Shown here: positions 25,138 through 38,305 of the stretch, piece after piece
Position numbering within the stretch: position 1 is the first letter of the stretch
Layout of the letters: each line of letters begins with the position of its first letter
Assembly: GCA_964016885.1 (NCBI GenBank)
Contig: OZ024761.1
Span: forward strand, 4,402,001-4,466,000
DNA length: 64,000 bases
Source: Eledone cirrhosa
Taxonomy: Eukaryota
Reading direction: 5' to 3'
Translations under genes and position numbers: made by a program
The notes under the pieces: model-generated
Seen by the model: the letters and a program-made list of their open reading frames with translations, nothing else
Told to the model about the DNA's origin: nothing
Databases searched by the model: none

Positions 25138-25234
25138 GCAGCATATTACAAGTGTTTCGATATCGATCAGCTCAGGGTACAATCAAGGTAACAGGGCCCC
25201 GACTCTTTTTCGACATCTCGTCAGATATATCTAC
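25138..25234 (-). ncRNA. type I hammerhead ribozyme, canonical core
   Basis: GTAG a TATAT-CTGACGA-GATGTCGA...TCGATATC-GAAAC actt GTA-ATATG CTGC. All core positions present, 8-bp stem II base, GUA cleavage triplet. Confidence 0.8.
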
Positions 25235-25349
25235 TTTCACTCTCTACACTACAGCCATAACACTGGAATACAAACCAAACAAAACAGACCCCGTACTGCC
25301 TGAAACTATTGTTACACACCTAACTAACACACACACATACACCTAACTA

Positions 25350-25393
<44 letters not shown>

Positions 25394-25409
25394 CTATCTA
25401 TATATATAT

Positions 25410-25915
<506 letters not shown>

Positions 25916-26293
25916 AGTCATTCATTGAGCAACATCAGTGAAGTTGGCACCCTTAACTTACGGTTGGGTGCGGATGCATTCATGAATATGTGTGTGTCCG
26001 CATGTATCTGTGTGTTTCTAAATATATTGTTAATAACTCCCTCTGGTCGAGCAATCTTTGAAGTGTGGGGACTGCTGGAAAGCTTCCATTACTCATACTT
26101 CTCGCCTCCTTCACCACCTCTTCTACGGCTTCGATATAAATACCCCCTCCGCCTCCGTGGTATTTTCTTCGGGGTTATAAGAGGCTTAGCTCTGTTTCTC
26201 GACCGTTATATCGCGTGACTATCTCCCCCTCCGCCTTTTGGGATTCTTTCTCACGTCGTGTAGACGCGTTCTTGAGACTAGTAAAATGAGGTA

Positions 26294-26383
26294 TCCTCTT
26301 GATAAGTCGGCAGACCTCGCAGGGACTCTATATCTTTATGATGTATTGTTTTTGTTTATGCCACGAAACTACGTAGTCGAGGA
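26294..26383 (+). ncRNA. type I hammerhead motif with U3-A8 core variant
   Basis: TCCTC-TTGATAA-GT c GGCA...TGCC AC-GAA-ACTACGTAGT (palindrome)-C-GAGGA; GUC triplet. Confidence 0.7.
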
Positions 26384-26455
26384 ATCTAGGAGCAGTTTAG
26401 GTATGATACATTTTATTACTAATTATATCTAAATGTTTCTTCTCTCTTCATAATG

Positions 26456-26493
<38 letters not shown>

Positions 26494-26889
26494 TACAGAA
26501 AAAGGTGCGTGGTTGAGTGACTAGAGAATTGGATTCACAATCGTGAGGTTGTGAGTCCGATTCCTGGACCAGGCGACACGTTATGTCCTTGAGCAAGACA
26601 CTTTATTTCACGTTCCTCCTTCTGTCTGAATTTGCGACAGGTAGTGTTAGCAATTGGAAAGACCAATGGAAACATTGTTTCCTCGGTCCGATTTGACAAG
26701 CTCCACCTCACTCATTAAGCAAATGATGATATATATAAACACATATAGACATAGATGGGCGTAGGCGTAGAGGTGTGAGGCAACAGCACTAAAGCTGTCC
26801 ATGTAACAAGCTAAACAAACAACTATTGACAACACATCAAAAGACTTCACTAATCAATAAAACAGTTGAATGTTTATTGGATTTGAGGA

Positions 26890-27110
26890 CAAGACATTTA
26901 AATACCGGGGATTGTCTTCCTCTTCGCACCGATCGCCATTGTGACCTCAGGTGTACTTAGACTCCATACTGCTGAGCTCCTCTGCAAGACCGGAACATCA
27001 GTAGCGCGTCTGAGGAAGGAGCCCCGAGAGGTGGGGTGGCTGTTGCTGGCCATTGTCTGCAGGAATGCTTTTGTGGTCTTGTCCGCGGGACTCAGCCCCT
27101 CTACCACCGC
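26890..27110 (+). mobile_element. decayed CRE-like LINE 3' fragment
   Basis: KYRGLS..FAPIAIVTSGVL..RKEPREVGWL..RNAF, homologous to 3185-3520. Confidence 0.6.
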
Positions 27111-27707
27111 TCCCTAGGACTGGAGCCCACCCTCCCCTTCCCCATCCCTATGTGACACTAGAGCCCTTGCCCTTCCCTCCCCTTTCTCTTTTCTTCTTTA
27201 TATTTTCCTGTTTAGACTTGATGAAAGTTATGAGAGAAATAACATCCAACAGATGTCACTGACGTAGTCATGTCTAAACTGACTCATTGAAAACTGCCTG
27301 GTTGTTGTTGTTTAGCCCTAGGCCATTTCTGGTTCAACAGATTTATGATCAGAAAATCAAAGTCTTTGTTATCCTTCATCATCCTATCGCAGACTACATC
27401 TTTTACAAGTTAAACCAGAAACCGGAACAGTAGATGGATAACACGAGTTTCTGGGTGAAGCTACAAGGCCTTGTGGTTAGGGTGGACTGCCTCTCAGAAG
27501 GTCGGGGCTTCAATTGTGTGCTATTCAGCTATTTCCAAAAGATTCTCATTCTGGCTGCTGTACTTTCAGAAAGAATATCCACCTCCACTATTAAGTCACC
27601 TAAACAACAGGAGCTATCAACTACTTCTAGGGAGCTATCTGAACATTTGATAGAGCCAGTTTGATATGGGCTCTGGCTCTAGACTGTTCCTCTGTATCTG
27701 TCACATA

Positions 27708-28990
27708 CAAACACTACACTACACAGTTTACAGCTACATCTGGTGTATAAACACTACACAGTTTAGCCTGAGATCCAGCTACATCTGGTGTACAAACACT
27801 ACACAGTTTAGCCTGCGATCCAGCGACATCTGGTGTACAAACACTACACAGTTTAGCCTGAGATCCAGCTACATCTGGTATACAAACACTACACTACACA
27901 GTTTAGCCTGAGATCCAGCTACATCTGGTGTACAAACACTACACAGTTTAGCCTGAGATCCAGCTACATCTGGGGTACAAACACTACACAGTTTAGTCTG
28001 AGATCCAGCTATATCTGGTGTACAAACACTACACAGTTTAGCCTGAGATCCAGCTACATCTTGTGTACAAACACTACACAGTTTAGCCTGAGATCCAGCT
28101 ACATCTGGTGTACAAACACTACACTACATAGTTTAGCCTGAGATCCAGCTACATCTTGTGTACAAACACTACACTACATAGTTTAGCCTGGGATCCAGCT
28201 ACATCTGGTGTACAAACACTACACTACATAGTTTAGCCTGAGATCCAGCTACATCTTGTGTACAAACACTACACAGTTTAGCCTGAGATCCAGCTACATC
28301 TGGTGTACAAACACTACATAGTTTAGCCTGAGATCCAGCTACATCTGGTGTACAAACACTACACAGTTTAGCCCGAGATCTAGCTACATCTGGTGTACAA
28401 ACACTACACTACATAGTTTAGCCTGAGATCCAGCTACATCTGGTGTACAAACACTACATAGTTTAGCCTGAGATCCAGCTACATCTGGTGTACAAACACT
28501 ACACTACATAGTTTAGCCTGAGATCCAGCTACATCTTGTGTACAAACACTACACAGTTTAGCCTGAGATCCAGCTACATCTGGTGTACAAACACTACATA
28601 GTTTAGCCCGAGATCCAGCTACATCTGGTGTACAAACACTACACTACATAGTTTAGCCTGAGATCCAGCTACATCTGGTGTACAAACACTACATAGTTTA
28701 GCCTGAGATCCAGCTACATCTGGTGTACAAACACTACACAGTTTAGCCTGAGATCCAGCTATATCTGGTGTACAAACACTACACTACATAGTTTAGCCTG
28801 AGATCCAGCTACATCTGGTGTACAAACACTACATAGTTTAGCCTGAGATCCAGCTACATCTGGTGTACAAACACTACATAGTTTAGCCTGAGATCCAGCT
28901 ACATCTGGTGTACAAACACTACACTACACAGTTTAGCCTGAGATCCATCTTCATCTGGTGTACAAACACTACACTTAGTTTAGCCTGAGA
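27708..28990. repeat. 45/50-bp minisatellite
   Basis: Unit TACAAACACTACACAGTTTAGCCTGAGATCCAGCTACATCTGGTG with optional ACTAC insertion. Confidence 0.95.
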
Positions 28991-29009
28991 CCAACTGAGT
29001 TTATAAATG

Positions 29010-29470
29010 TCATCCAATTATCTTGTTTGTGGTCTACCTCTGGGTCTCCTGCCAGTTGGTTTTGCCTGTAAAATCTGTCCTGCAATTCTTACCTTACCCA
29101 TTCTAACTCCATGTCTGTAGTACCAAAGCTATGATCACTCAATCCCTAGAAGTGACAGCTCTACTTGAAGTCCTATACATCCTATTTAGTAATGATACTA
29201 CAAAGACCCCATTTCATTCGCTCATGTCTGTAGTACCAAAGCTATGATCACTCAATGCCGAGAAGTGACAGCTCTACTTGAAGTCCTATACATCCTATTT
29301 AGAAATGCTACTGCAAAGACCCCATTTCATTCACTGATATTTACTATCGGCTTTTTTTGGCCACTACCCAATATTTATGACCATAGTTAAGGGTAGACAA
29401 GAATACCAAATTGAAGATAGCAAGTTTGGCTTTTACACCTACCTCCCTCCTCCTAATGACAGTGCTCAAG
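29010..29470 (-). mobile_element. old RTE-like LINE fragment with an approximately 114-bp direct duplication
   Basis: Minus strand GRRPRGRPQTR*LDDI; 29110-29218 is duplicated at 29224-29332. Confidence 0.55.
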
Positions 29471-30294
29471 CTAGCACATTATTAAACCAGCTCCAGCCTA
29501 GACACAATTTCAAAAGTATTTTTAGATCTTTTGTTATATGGTTAGCAGGCATTTGACCCCTTTCCAGCCCTGGCACTCACCTGAGAGTACAGATACTGTA
29601 ACATATCAGTCTGTTATTGATTAGCAGAAACAGTGATAGTGCTTAAGAAGCAGAACCAATCACAAGAATAACTATCAGGATGTCTAAAAAATAGTTTTTA
29701 GTAAAGCTTAAAATATAACTGTGTACACGCATGTGTGTATATATTTACATGTATACATGTGTGTATGAATATGTGCATGTTTGTATATGTGTGTGTGTGT
29801 AAATATGTGTGTGTGCATATATTTACATGTATGTATATGTATACATATGTGTGAATAGTTATGTGTGCATGTTTGTATATGTGTGTGTGTGTGTGTGTGC
29901 ATATATATATGTATATATGTGAATAGATATATGTGCATGCGTATATATATCTATGTGTATATGTGTGCGTTAATAGTTATATATATATATATATATGATG
30001 TATTATCTTCGTTTTTTTCCGTTCTTTGCCAAGGAACGTTTCTACGAACCAAAGTATCGTCTTCCTGACTTCCTTCGGTTGCAACGTTTTTCGAAATATT
30101 TACTTCTGCGTTCACAGATTGATTTTTTTATTTTCAGAAGATCCCGTTAAGGGTGAAAGCAGCGATTCTTTGCTTAAACTTTAATCTGTTATTTTAATAA
30201 ATATTTGCTCTATGGTTCTTATATGTTTGATATATATTTATCCTTATCGAGCCCTCTTTGGATTTTAGACTTCAAATTTATTATTATTATTATA

Positions 30295-31040
30295 TGGCAG
30301 TGAGACTTGGGCATTGTGTGCAGAGGATCTACGCAGACTGGAGAGGAACGAAGCTTGCATGCTCCGTTGGATGTGTAATAGTAATATACGTGAATGGCAA
30401 AGCATAAATGAACTAAGTGAGAAATTAGGAATAAGAGGGATCAGATGCTGTTTACTCGAGAGAAGACTACGTTGGTATGGTCATGTGATGCGCATGAAAG
30501 ACGACAGCTGTATAAAAAAGTGCAGGGCGATCAAAATAGATGGTAGCCACGGAGTAGGCAGACCCAGAAAATGCTGGGACGACTTGATAAATTCCGACCT
30601 CACACACACCTCTCCAAAACAATATCACTGGACCGAGATCTTTGGCGCTACGCAGTAATACAGAAGACCTGCCTTGCCTAAGTGCAAAGCGAAACCTACA
30701 GTCAGTAGGCACCTCTAACAAAATACACCCCGTCCCCCATTCGATGTAAAGTTATGTTGGTACCACAACATCCAGTCCTAAATAAATGAGGTTGTGTAGG
30801 TGTCACGACAAAAAACACACAGTCCACGCTGTAATGTGGCCGTGTAGATAACACGGTAAAAACCTCCCAGTCCACACTGTAAACGTGGTTGGTGTTAGGA
30901 AGGGCATCCAGCCGTAGAAAACCTGCCAGATAGTCCTATACGAGCAAGACAACCACTCTTGCCTCAAGTGGGAAAATTCCCGTCCAAACCCATGCTAGCG
31001 TGGAAGATGGACGTTAAACGATGATGATGATGATGATTAT
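30295..31040 (+). mobile_element. RTE-clade LINE 3' fragment with tail
   Basis: [42 protein letters not shown]; (GAT)n end. Confidence 0.9.
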
Positions 31041-31043
31041 TAC

Positions 31044-31128
<85 letters not shown>

Positions 31129-31727
31129 ACATGTGTATGTGAGTAGTTATATGTGCATGTGTACATATGTATATACATATATATATATATGTGTGTCTGT
31201 ATGTGCATATGTATATATGTTTATACATATATGTGTGTATGTGCATGTGTATGTATGTGCATGTGTATATATATACATATATGTGTATGTATGTGCATAT
31301 GTATATGCATATATGTGTATGTATGTGCATGTGTATATATTTATATACATATGTGTGTGCATGTGTATATATGTGTATGTGCATGTGTATATATATGTGT
31401 ATGTGTGGTGTCTTTTATCTTGATTTAACAGACAATATCTACTGGCAAGGTACATGTCTGGACTGGTTGTTGTGGAGCATCTTAGCTGTTCCAGACACCA
31501 CACCCACACCTATTGTACACAGCAATCTATCTATCAATATAAATACACACACACACATATATACATACATAGATATATATCATCGTCCTCCTGTAATGAT
31601 TGCTTTTCCATGCTGGTATAAGTTAGACAGGTCCTTTCTACCACAGACTCCTTCCACTAGCATCTCCTGACACTTTCTTTTAGCCTACCTACAATCCCAC
31701 TACACCTCTTGTACACCAATATCTTAC

Positions 31728-32670
31728 TCAGTTTCTTGAGCTGCTCTCACAAGCCATTCCCTTACACCCAGTTTCTTGAGCTGCTCTCACAAGCCATTCC
31801 CTTACACCCAGTTTCTTGAGCTGCTCTCACGAGCCATTCTCTTACACCCAGTTTCTTGAGCTGCTCTCACGAGCCATTCTCTTACACCCAGTTTCTTGAG
31901 CTGCTCTCACAAGCCATTCCCTTACACCCAGTTTCTTGAGCTGCTCTCACGAGCCATTCTCTTACACCCAGTTTCTTGAGCTGCTCTCACAAGCCATTCT
32001 CTTACACCCAGTTTCTTGAGCTGCTCTCACAAGCCATTCCCTTACACCCAGTTTCTTGAGCTGCTCTCACAAGCCATTCCCTTACACCCAGTTTCTTGAG
32101 CTGCTCTCACAAGCCATTCTCTTACACCCAGTTTCTTGAGCTGCTCTCACAAGCCATTCTCTTACACCCAGTTTCTTGAGCTGCTCTCACAAGCCATTCC
32201 CTTACACCCAGTTTCTTGAGCTGCTCTCACAAGCCATTTCCCTTCACCCAGTTTCTTGAGCTGCTCTCACAAGCTATATCCCTTACACCCAGTTTCTTGA
32301 GCTGCTCTCACAAGCCATTCCCTTACACCCAGTTTCTTGAGCTGCTCTCACGAGCAATTCCCCTAAACCCAGTTTCTTGAGCTGCTCTCACAAGCTATAT
32401 CCCTTACACCCAGTTTCTTGAGCTGCTCTCACGAGCAATTCCCCTAAACCCAGTTTCTTGAGCTGTTCTCACAAGCCATTCCCTTACACCCAGTTTCTTA
32501 AAGGACTACTAGGTAAGCGATTATGGAATTCTGTGAAACACCTTTACCAGATCTACAAAAGTTAGGTAGGGTGGCTTACACTTAGCTAGGGACCTTTCCC
32601 AGAAGAGAGCATCTGTGGTGCTCCTTCCTGGCATAAAGTCTAACTGTATCTCCTCTAATTTCACTTTTTC
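31728..32670 (-). mobile_element. RTE RT fragment with a 40-bp tandem array (31728-32500)
   Basis: FMPGRSTTDALF..FVDLVKVFHRIP is followed by repeats of the segment encoding KKLGVREWLVRA. Confidence 0.8.
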
Positions 32671-32729
32671 CATAAACAGAAAACCTATTAAGAATGTGGT
32701 CAAATAGCTCAACAACTCATTTGAATAAA

Positions 32730-33090
32730 TATATTAGGGTGTGGTCAATAGTTCATATATTAGGGTGTGGTCAATAGTTCATATATTAGAGTGTGGTCAA
32801 TAGTTCATATATTAGAGTGTGGTCAATAGTTCATATATTAGAGTGTGGTCAATAGTTCATATATAAGGGTGTGGTCAATACCGCATATATTAGGGTGTGG
32901 TCAATACCTCATATATTAGGGTGTGGTCAATACCTCATATATTAGGGTGTGGTCAATAGTTCATATATTAGGGTGTGGTCAATAGTTCATATATTAGGGT
33001 GTGGTCAATACTTCATAATTAGAGTGTGGTCAATACTTCATAATTAGAGTGTGGTCAATACTTCATATATTAGGGTGTGGTCAATACTTC
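32730..33090. repeat. 26-bp minisatellite ATATTAGGGTGTGGTCAATAGTTCAT
   Basis: Direct tandem repetition. Confidence 0.9.
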
Positions 33091-33424
33091 ATTATCAGAT
33101 GGTTAAAGTAATTCTCAAGCATTGCATCATCCTGTATAATTTCTGCTACCTGTACCTCCTGGTAAACTCAGGTAATTTCTATATTCTCAGGATGCACAGA
33201 TGAAATGGTTGAATTAATATGCTAGTTGACCTCACCCTAACAGGTGTTATATTCAAATAGGTGAGTTAATTAGGTATTGGTCACACCTTAACAGGTCTAT
33301 TTAACCTAGTAGCATTTAAATCAGTCATATCCTGCCAGAATTCTCTCACCTTTGCTGTTCAAACCAGCAGCTCATACTGATGTTAAGGTATTGTTCTCAG
33401 AATAAATATAAAAATCTTGTATTT

Positions 33425-34400
33425 GTCATTAACTCTTTCATTACCATATTCCTAATGAAAGAGACTATCTATGTCATTAACCCTTTCATTCCCATATTTC
33501 TAATGAAAGACACTGTCGATGTCATTAACCCTTTCATTACCATATTTCTAATGAAAGACACTTCCTATGTCATTAACCCTTTCATTCCCATATTTCTAAT
33601 GAAAGACACTGTCTATGTCATTAACCCTTTCATTCCCATATTTCTAATGAAAGACACTGTCTATGTCATTAACCCTTTCATTACCATATTTCTAATGAAA
33701 AACACTGTCTATGTCATTAACCCTTTCATTACCATATTTCTAATGAAAGACACTATGTCATTAACCCTTTCATTACCATATTTCTAATGAAAGACACTAT
33801 GTCATTAACCCTTTCATTATCATATTTCTAATGAAAGACACTGTCTATGTCATTAACCCTTTCATTACCATATTTCTAATGAAAGACACTATGTCATTAA
33901 CCCTTTCATTACCATAGTTCTAATGAAAGACACTGTCTATGTCATTAACCCTTTCATCACCATATTTCTAATGAAAGACACTGTCTATGTCATTAACCCT
34001 TTCATCACCATATTTCTAATGAAAGACACTGTCTATGTCATTAACCCTTCCATCACCATATTTCTAATGAATGACACTGTCTATGTCATTAACCCTTTCA
34101 TCACCATATTTCTAATGAATGACACTGTCTATGTCATTAACCCTTTCATTACCATATTTCTAATGAAAGACACTATCTATGTCATTAACCCTTTCATTAC
34201 CATATTTCTAATGAAAGACACTGTCTATGTCATTAACCCTTTCATTTCCATATTTCTAATGAATGACATTGTCTATTTTGGAAATAATCAAGAATTTGGA
34301 GGGATTTAGTAACATTCTCATTTATAAGCTGGCATTCAGAACATTACATGCATAACATTAGGTTGGAAGGTTTTGAGATAAATATAAACACTTCTTTAGT
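33425..34400 (+). repeat. 48-bp array made of a TTAA-CCCTTT transposon end, followed by MITE body
   Basis: Unit TTAACCCTTTCATTACCATATTTCTAATGAAAGACACTGTCTATGTCA, about 18 copies. Confidence 0.85.
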
Positions 34401-34404
34401 TACT

Positions 34405-34930
34405 ATATTTCTGAAGAGACGGTCCCCAATATTTCTAAAGAAAGAGACGGTCCCCAATATTTCTAAAGAAAGAGACAGTCCCCAATATTTCTAAAGAAAG
34501 AGACAGTCCCCAATATTTCTAAAGAAAGAGACAGTCCCCAATATTTCTAAAGAAAGAGACAGTCCCCAATATTTCTAAAGAAAGAGACAGTCCCCAATAT
34601 TTCTAAAGAAAGAGACTGTCCCCAATATTTCTAAAGAAAGAGACAATCCCCAATATTTCTAAAGAAAGAGACAGTCCCCAATATTTCTAAAGAAAGAGAC
34701 TGTCCCCAATATTTCTAAAGAAAGAGACTGTCCCCAATATTTCTAAAGAAAGAGACGGTCCCCAATATTTTTAAAGAAAGAGACAGTCCCCAATATTTCT
34801 AAAGAAAGAGACAGTCCCCAATATTTCAAAAGAAAGAGACAGTCCCCAATATTTCTAAAGAAAGAGACTGTCCCCAATATTTCTAAAGAAAGAGACTGTC
34901 CCCAATATTTCTAAAGAAAGAGACTGTCCC
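34405..34930 (+). repeat. 28-bp minisatellite ATATTTCTAAAGAAAGAGACAGTCCCCA
   Basis: Tandem; related to part of the adjacent 48-bp unit and followed by the same GAAAATAATCAAGAATTTG body. Confidence 0.9.
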
Positions 34931-35245
34931 CCTATGATGTTTAACTAACTTTGAAAATAATCAAGAATTTGCAGAGATTCAGTAATAGATTTCACTTTCT
35001 TGTTAATCTTCTTGGCACTGTAGGCAACAGAAGTCGCTGATAGAGTAGCCCCCCCCCCCCCCCCCCTTAATACATAATACAGAAGTAATTCACTAAAATA
35101 ATTCAGCCGCCCAAAAGTTAAGCTGGTACTAAATGTGTTTATAGAACATTTTAATGAAAGGTTTTTAGATAAATATAAACACTTTAAAACGAACGGCTTA
35201 GTATCAGTATGATGGGCAGTTTGAGGGAGTTTGAAATGAGAATGT

Positions 35246-35606
35246 TTAACCCTTTAGCATTTACATTGCTCTATATTTACTATTGTATTTTCACAGTAAA
35301 GGCTGTACCTCACATAACATTTACATTGCTCTATATTTACTATTGTATTTTCACAGTAAAGGCTTTACCTCACATAATATCTCACATAACATTTACATTG
35401 CTCTATATTTACTATTGTATTTTCACGGGAAACACTTTATTTCAAATAATTATCTCACATAATATCGAATCTATGAGATTTTAATATTATATATTTTGAG
35501 AACAATACCTTAATAAGAGTATAAGCAGCTGGTTATGGCCAGTTTGAACAGAAAGAGGTGAGAGAATTCTGGCCGGATATGGCCGATTTAAATGTTAAAG
35601 GGTTAA
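35246..35606 (+). mobile_element. short, minimally expanded piggyBac-type MITE
   Basis: TTAA-CCCTTTAGCATTTA ... TAAATGTTAAAGGG-TTAA with only 2-3 internal units. Confidence 0.9.
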
Positions 35607-35716
35607 GCAACATTTGACTGAGTAATGAAGGGTCAACACTGATATTTCCCCATCACTCACACACCTATCACATCAAATAATCCATTGGATTAACTGAACT
35701 CTTATAACTGGGAACA

Positions 35717-35730
35717 GTTGCCATGGAAAC
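35717..35730. promoter_or_regulatory. RFX X-box motif
   Basis: GTTGCCATGGAAAC fits the GTTNCC-AT-GGNAAC consensus and lies in a short non-repetitive island. Confidence 0.5.
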
Positions 35731-35875
35731 TCAGCTCTAGACTACAGTTTTATTGTTATTTACCTTCCCAGTCAGTTCACTCCCCAACCAATTAATAAAT
35801 TAGCTAATTGATAGAATAGCTAATTAATGCTGCAACCAATCAATATATATATATATACACACACATATGTATATG

Positions 35876-35922
<47 letters not shown>

Positions 35923-36054
35923 ATATACACACACACATATGTATATGTATGTATATATAGATATATATATATATATATCTATATATACATATATATACAT
36001 ATATATATATATACATATATATATATACATATATATATATACATATATATATAC

Positions 36055-36085
<31 letters not shown>

Positions 36086-36225
36086 CATATATATATATAC
36101 ATATATATATATACATATATATATATACATATATATATACATATATATATATATACATATATATACATATATATACATATATATACACATACGTATATGT
36201 ATGTATATATATACATATATATATA

Positions 36226-37083
36226 GCCTCAAAAGGTTTCTCTCTAAAAATGAAAGGCATATTGTATGATGCTTGTATATGAACAGCAATGCTACATGGC
36301 AGTGAGACATGGGCATTATGTGCAGAGGACCTGCACAGACTGGAAAGGAACGAAGCATGCATGCTCCGTTGGACGTGTAATTGTAATATACGTGAACAGC
36401 AAAGGATAAATGAACTAAGTGAGAAATTAGGAATAAGAGGGATCAGATGCTGTTTACTTGACAGAAGACTACGTTGGTATGGCCATGTGATGCACATGAA
36501 AGACGACAGCTGTATAAAAAAAGTGCAGTGCGATCAAAATTGATGGTAGCTACGGAGTAGGTAGAGCCAGAAAAACCTAGGACGATTTGATAAATTCCGA
36601 CCTTACACACTTGCACCTCTCTAAGACAATGTCACTGGACCGAGATCTTTGGCACTATGCAGTAATACAGAAGACCCGCCTTGCCTATGTACAAAGTGAA
36701 ACCTACAGTCAGTAGGCACCTCTTAACCAAATATACACCCCAATCCACTACCCCTACCCTATCCTCCCACTCCCACCAACACCACCCTTTCTCCGTAAAG
36801 TTATGTTGGTACCACAACATTCAGTCCTAAATAAATGAGGTCGTTAGGTGTCACGACAAAAACAGTCCACGCTGTAATGTGGCCGTGTAGGTAACACGGT
36901 AAAAACCTGCCAGTCCACACTGTAAATGTGGTTGGTGTTAGGAAGGGCATCCAGCCATAGAAAACCTGCCAGACAGTCCTATATGAGAAAAACATGGTCA
37001 CCCGACCAATCTTGCCTCAAGTGAGACAATTCCCGTCTCAACCCATGCTAGCGTGGAAGATAGACATTAAACGATGATGATGA
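36226..37083 (+). mobile_element. RTE-clade LINE 3' fragment with tail
   Basis: [39 protein letters not shown]; similar to 30295-31040. Confidence 0.9.
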
Positions 37084-37136
37084 TATACATATATATATAT
37101 ACACATATATACATATATATATATACACATATATAA

Positions 37137-37181
<45 letters not shown>

Positions 37182-37196
37182 TATATATATATATAT

Positions 37197-37267
<71 letters not shown>

Positions 37268-37338
37268 TAAATATACATATATACATATATATATATATAC
37301 ACATATATAAATATACATATATACATATATATATATAT

Positions 37339-37407
<69 letters not shown>

Positions 37408-37512
37408 TAAATATACATATATACATATATATATATACACATATATAAATATACACATATGTATACGTATATATATATATATCCACACATATATAAATAT
37501 ACACATATGTAT

Positions 37513-38305
37513 ACATCATCATCATCATTTTACGTCCGCTTTTCCCTGCTTGCAAGGGTGGGACGGGTCTTATTCAGCACAGCATCTCTCCACTCGTCAC
37601 GGTTCTTCGTCATCTCCACCGTGAGCTTCAATGATCTGAGGTCTGTTCTCACCACCTCCGCCCATGTTTTTCGTGGTCTACCTCTACCACGTCTTCCTTC
37701 AACTGGCATTTCCTGGCACTTCTTCACCCATCGGTCATCCTCCATGCGCATCACATGTCCATACCACTCAGTCTCCTCTCCCGTACACTACATTCTATCC
37801 CTCTCAGACACAGTTTCTCTCTCAACACATTTATGCTGGGTCATTCACGCACATTTACACTGCACATCCAACGGAGCATGCTTGTCTCATTTCTCTCCAG
37901 CCGTTGCATATCCTCTGCAGTTGCTGCCCATGTCTCACTACCATGCAGCATCGCGCTCCTCACACAGGCATCATACAACCGGCCTTTCGTACGCAGGGAG
38001 AAACCCTTCTTCGTCAACAGAGGAAGCAGCTCCCTAAACTTCTTCCAACCCGTCCTTATTCTAGATACTATGGTCTCGGAACACCCTCCTCCCATGCTAA
38101 TCTGATCTCCTAGGTACCGGAAGCTATCCACCACTTCTATAGCGCCCTCCTGCATTTGAAAAATGTGTCTATCAATGCGACTTCTACTGTCTAATTTCCC
38201 TGTACATCTACTGCATACATATTTCTCCTTACCTGTTAGTTTGCCTGCTATTCCGCTACATCTCTTGTGTACCCAAGATCTGCATTGTGTGCATTTTATA
38301 GAATA
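37513..38305 (-). mobile_element. RTE-clade LINE 3' part with a PHD-like Cys cluster
   Basis: SIKCTQCRSWVHKRC..CSRC..VDSFRYLGD..WKKFRELLPLL..LHGSETW..GRGRPRKTW. Confidence 0.9.

Noticed and set aside
33191-33260. Plus-strand AG...GTGAGT exon-like segment
   Set aside because: Stops in all three frames and no partner exons on that strand.
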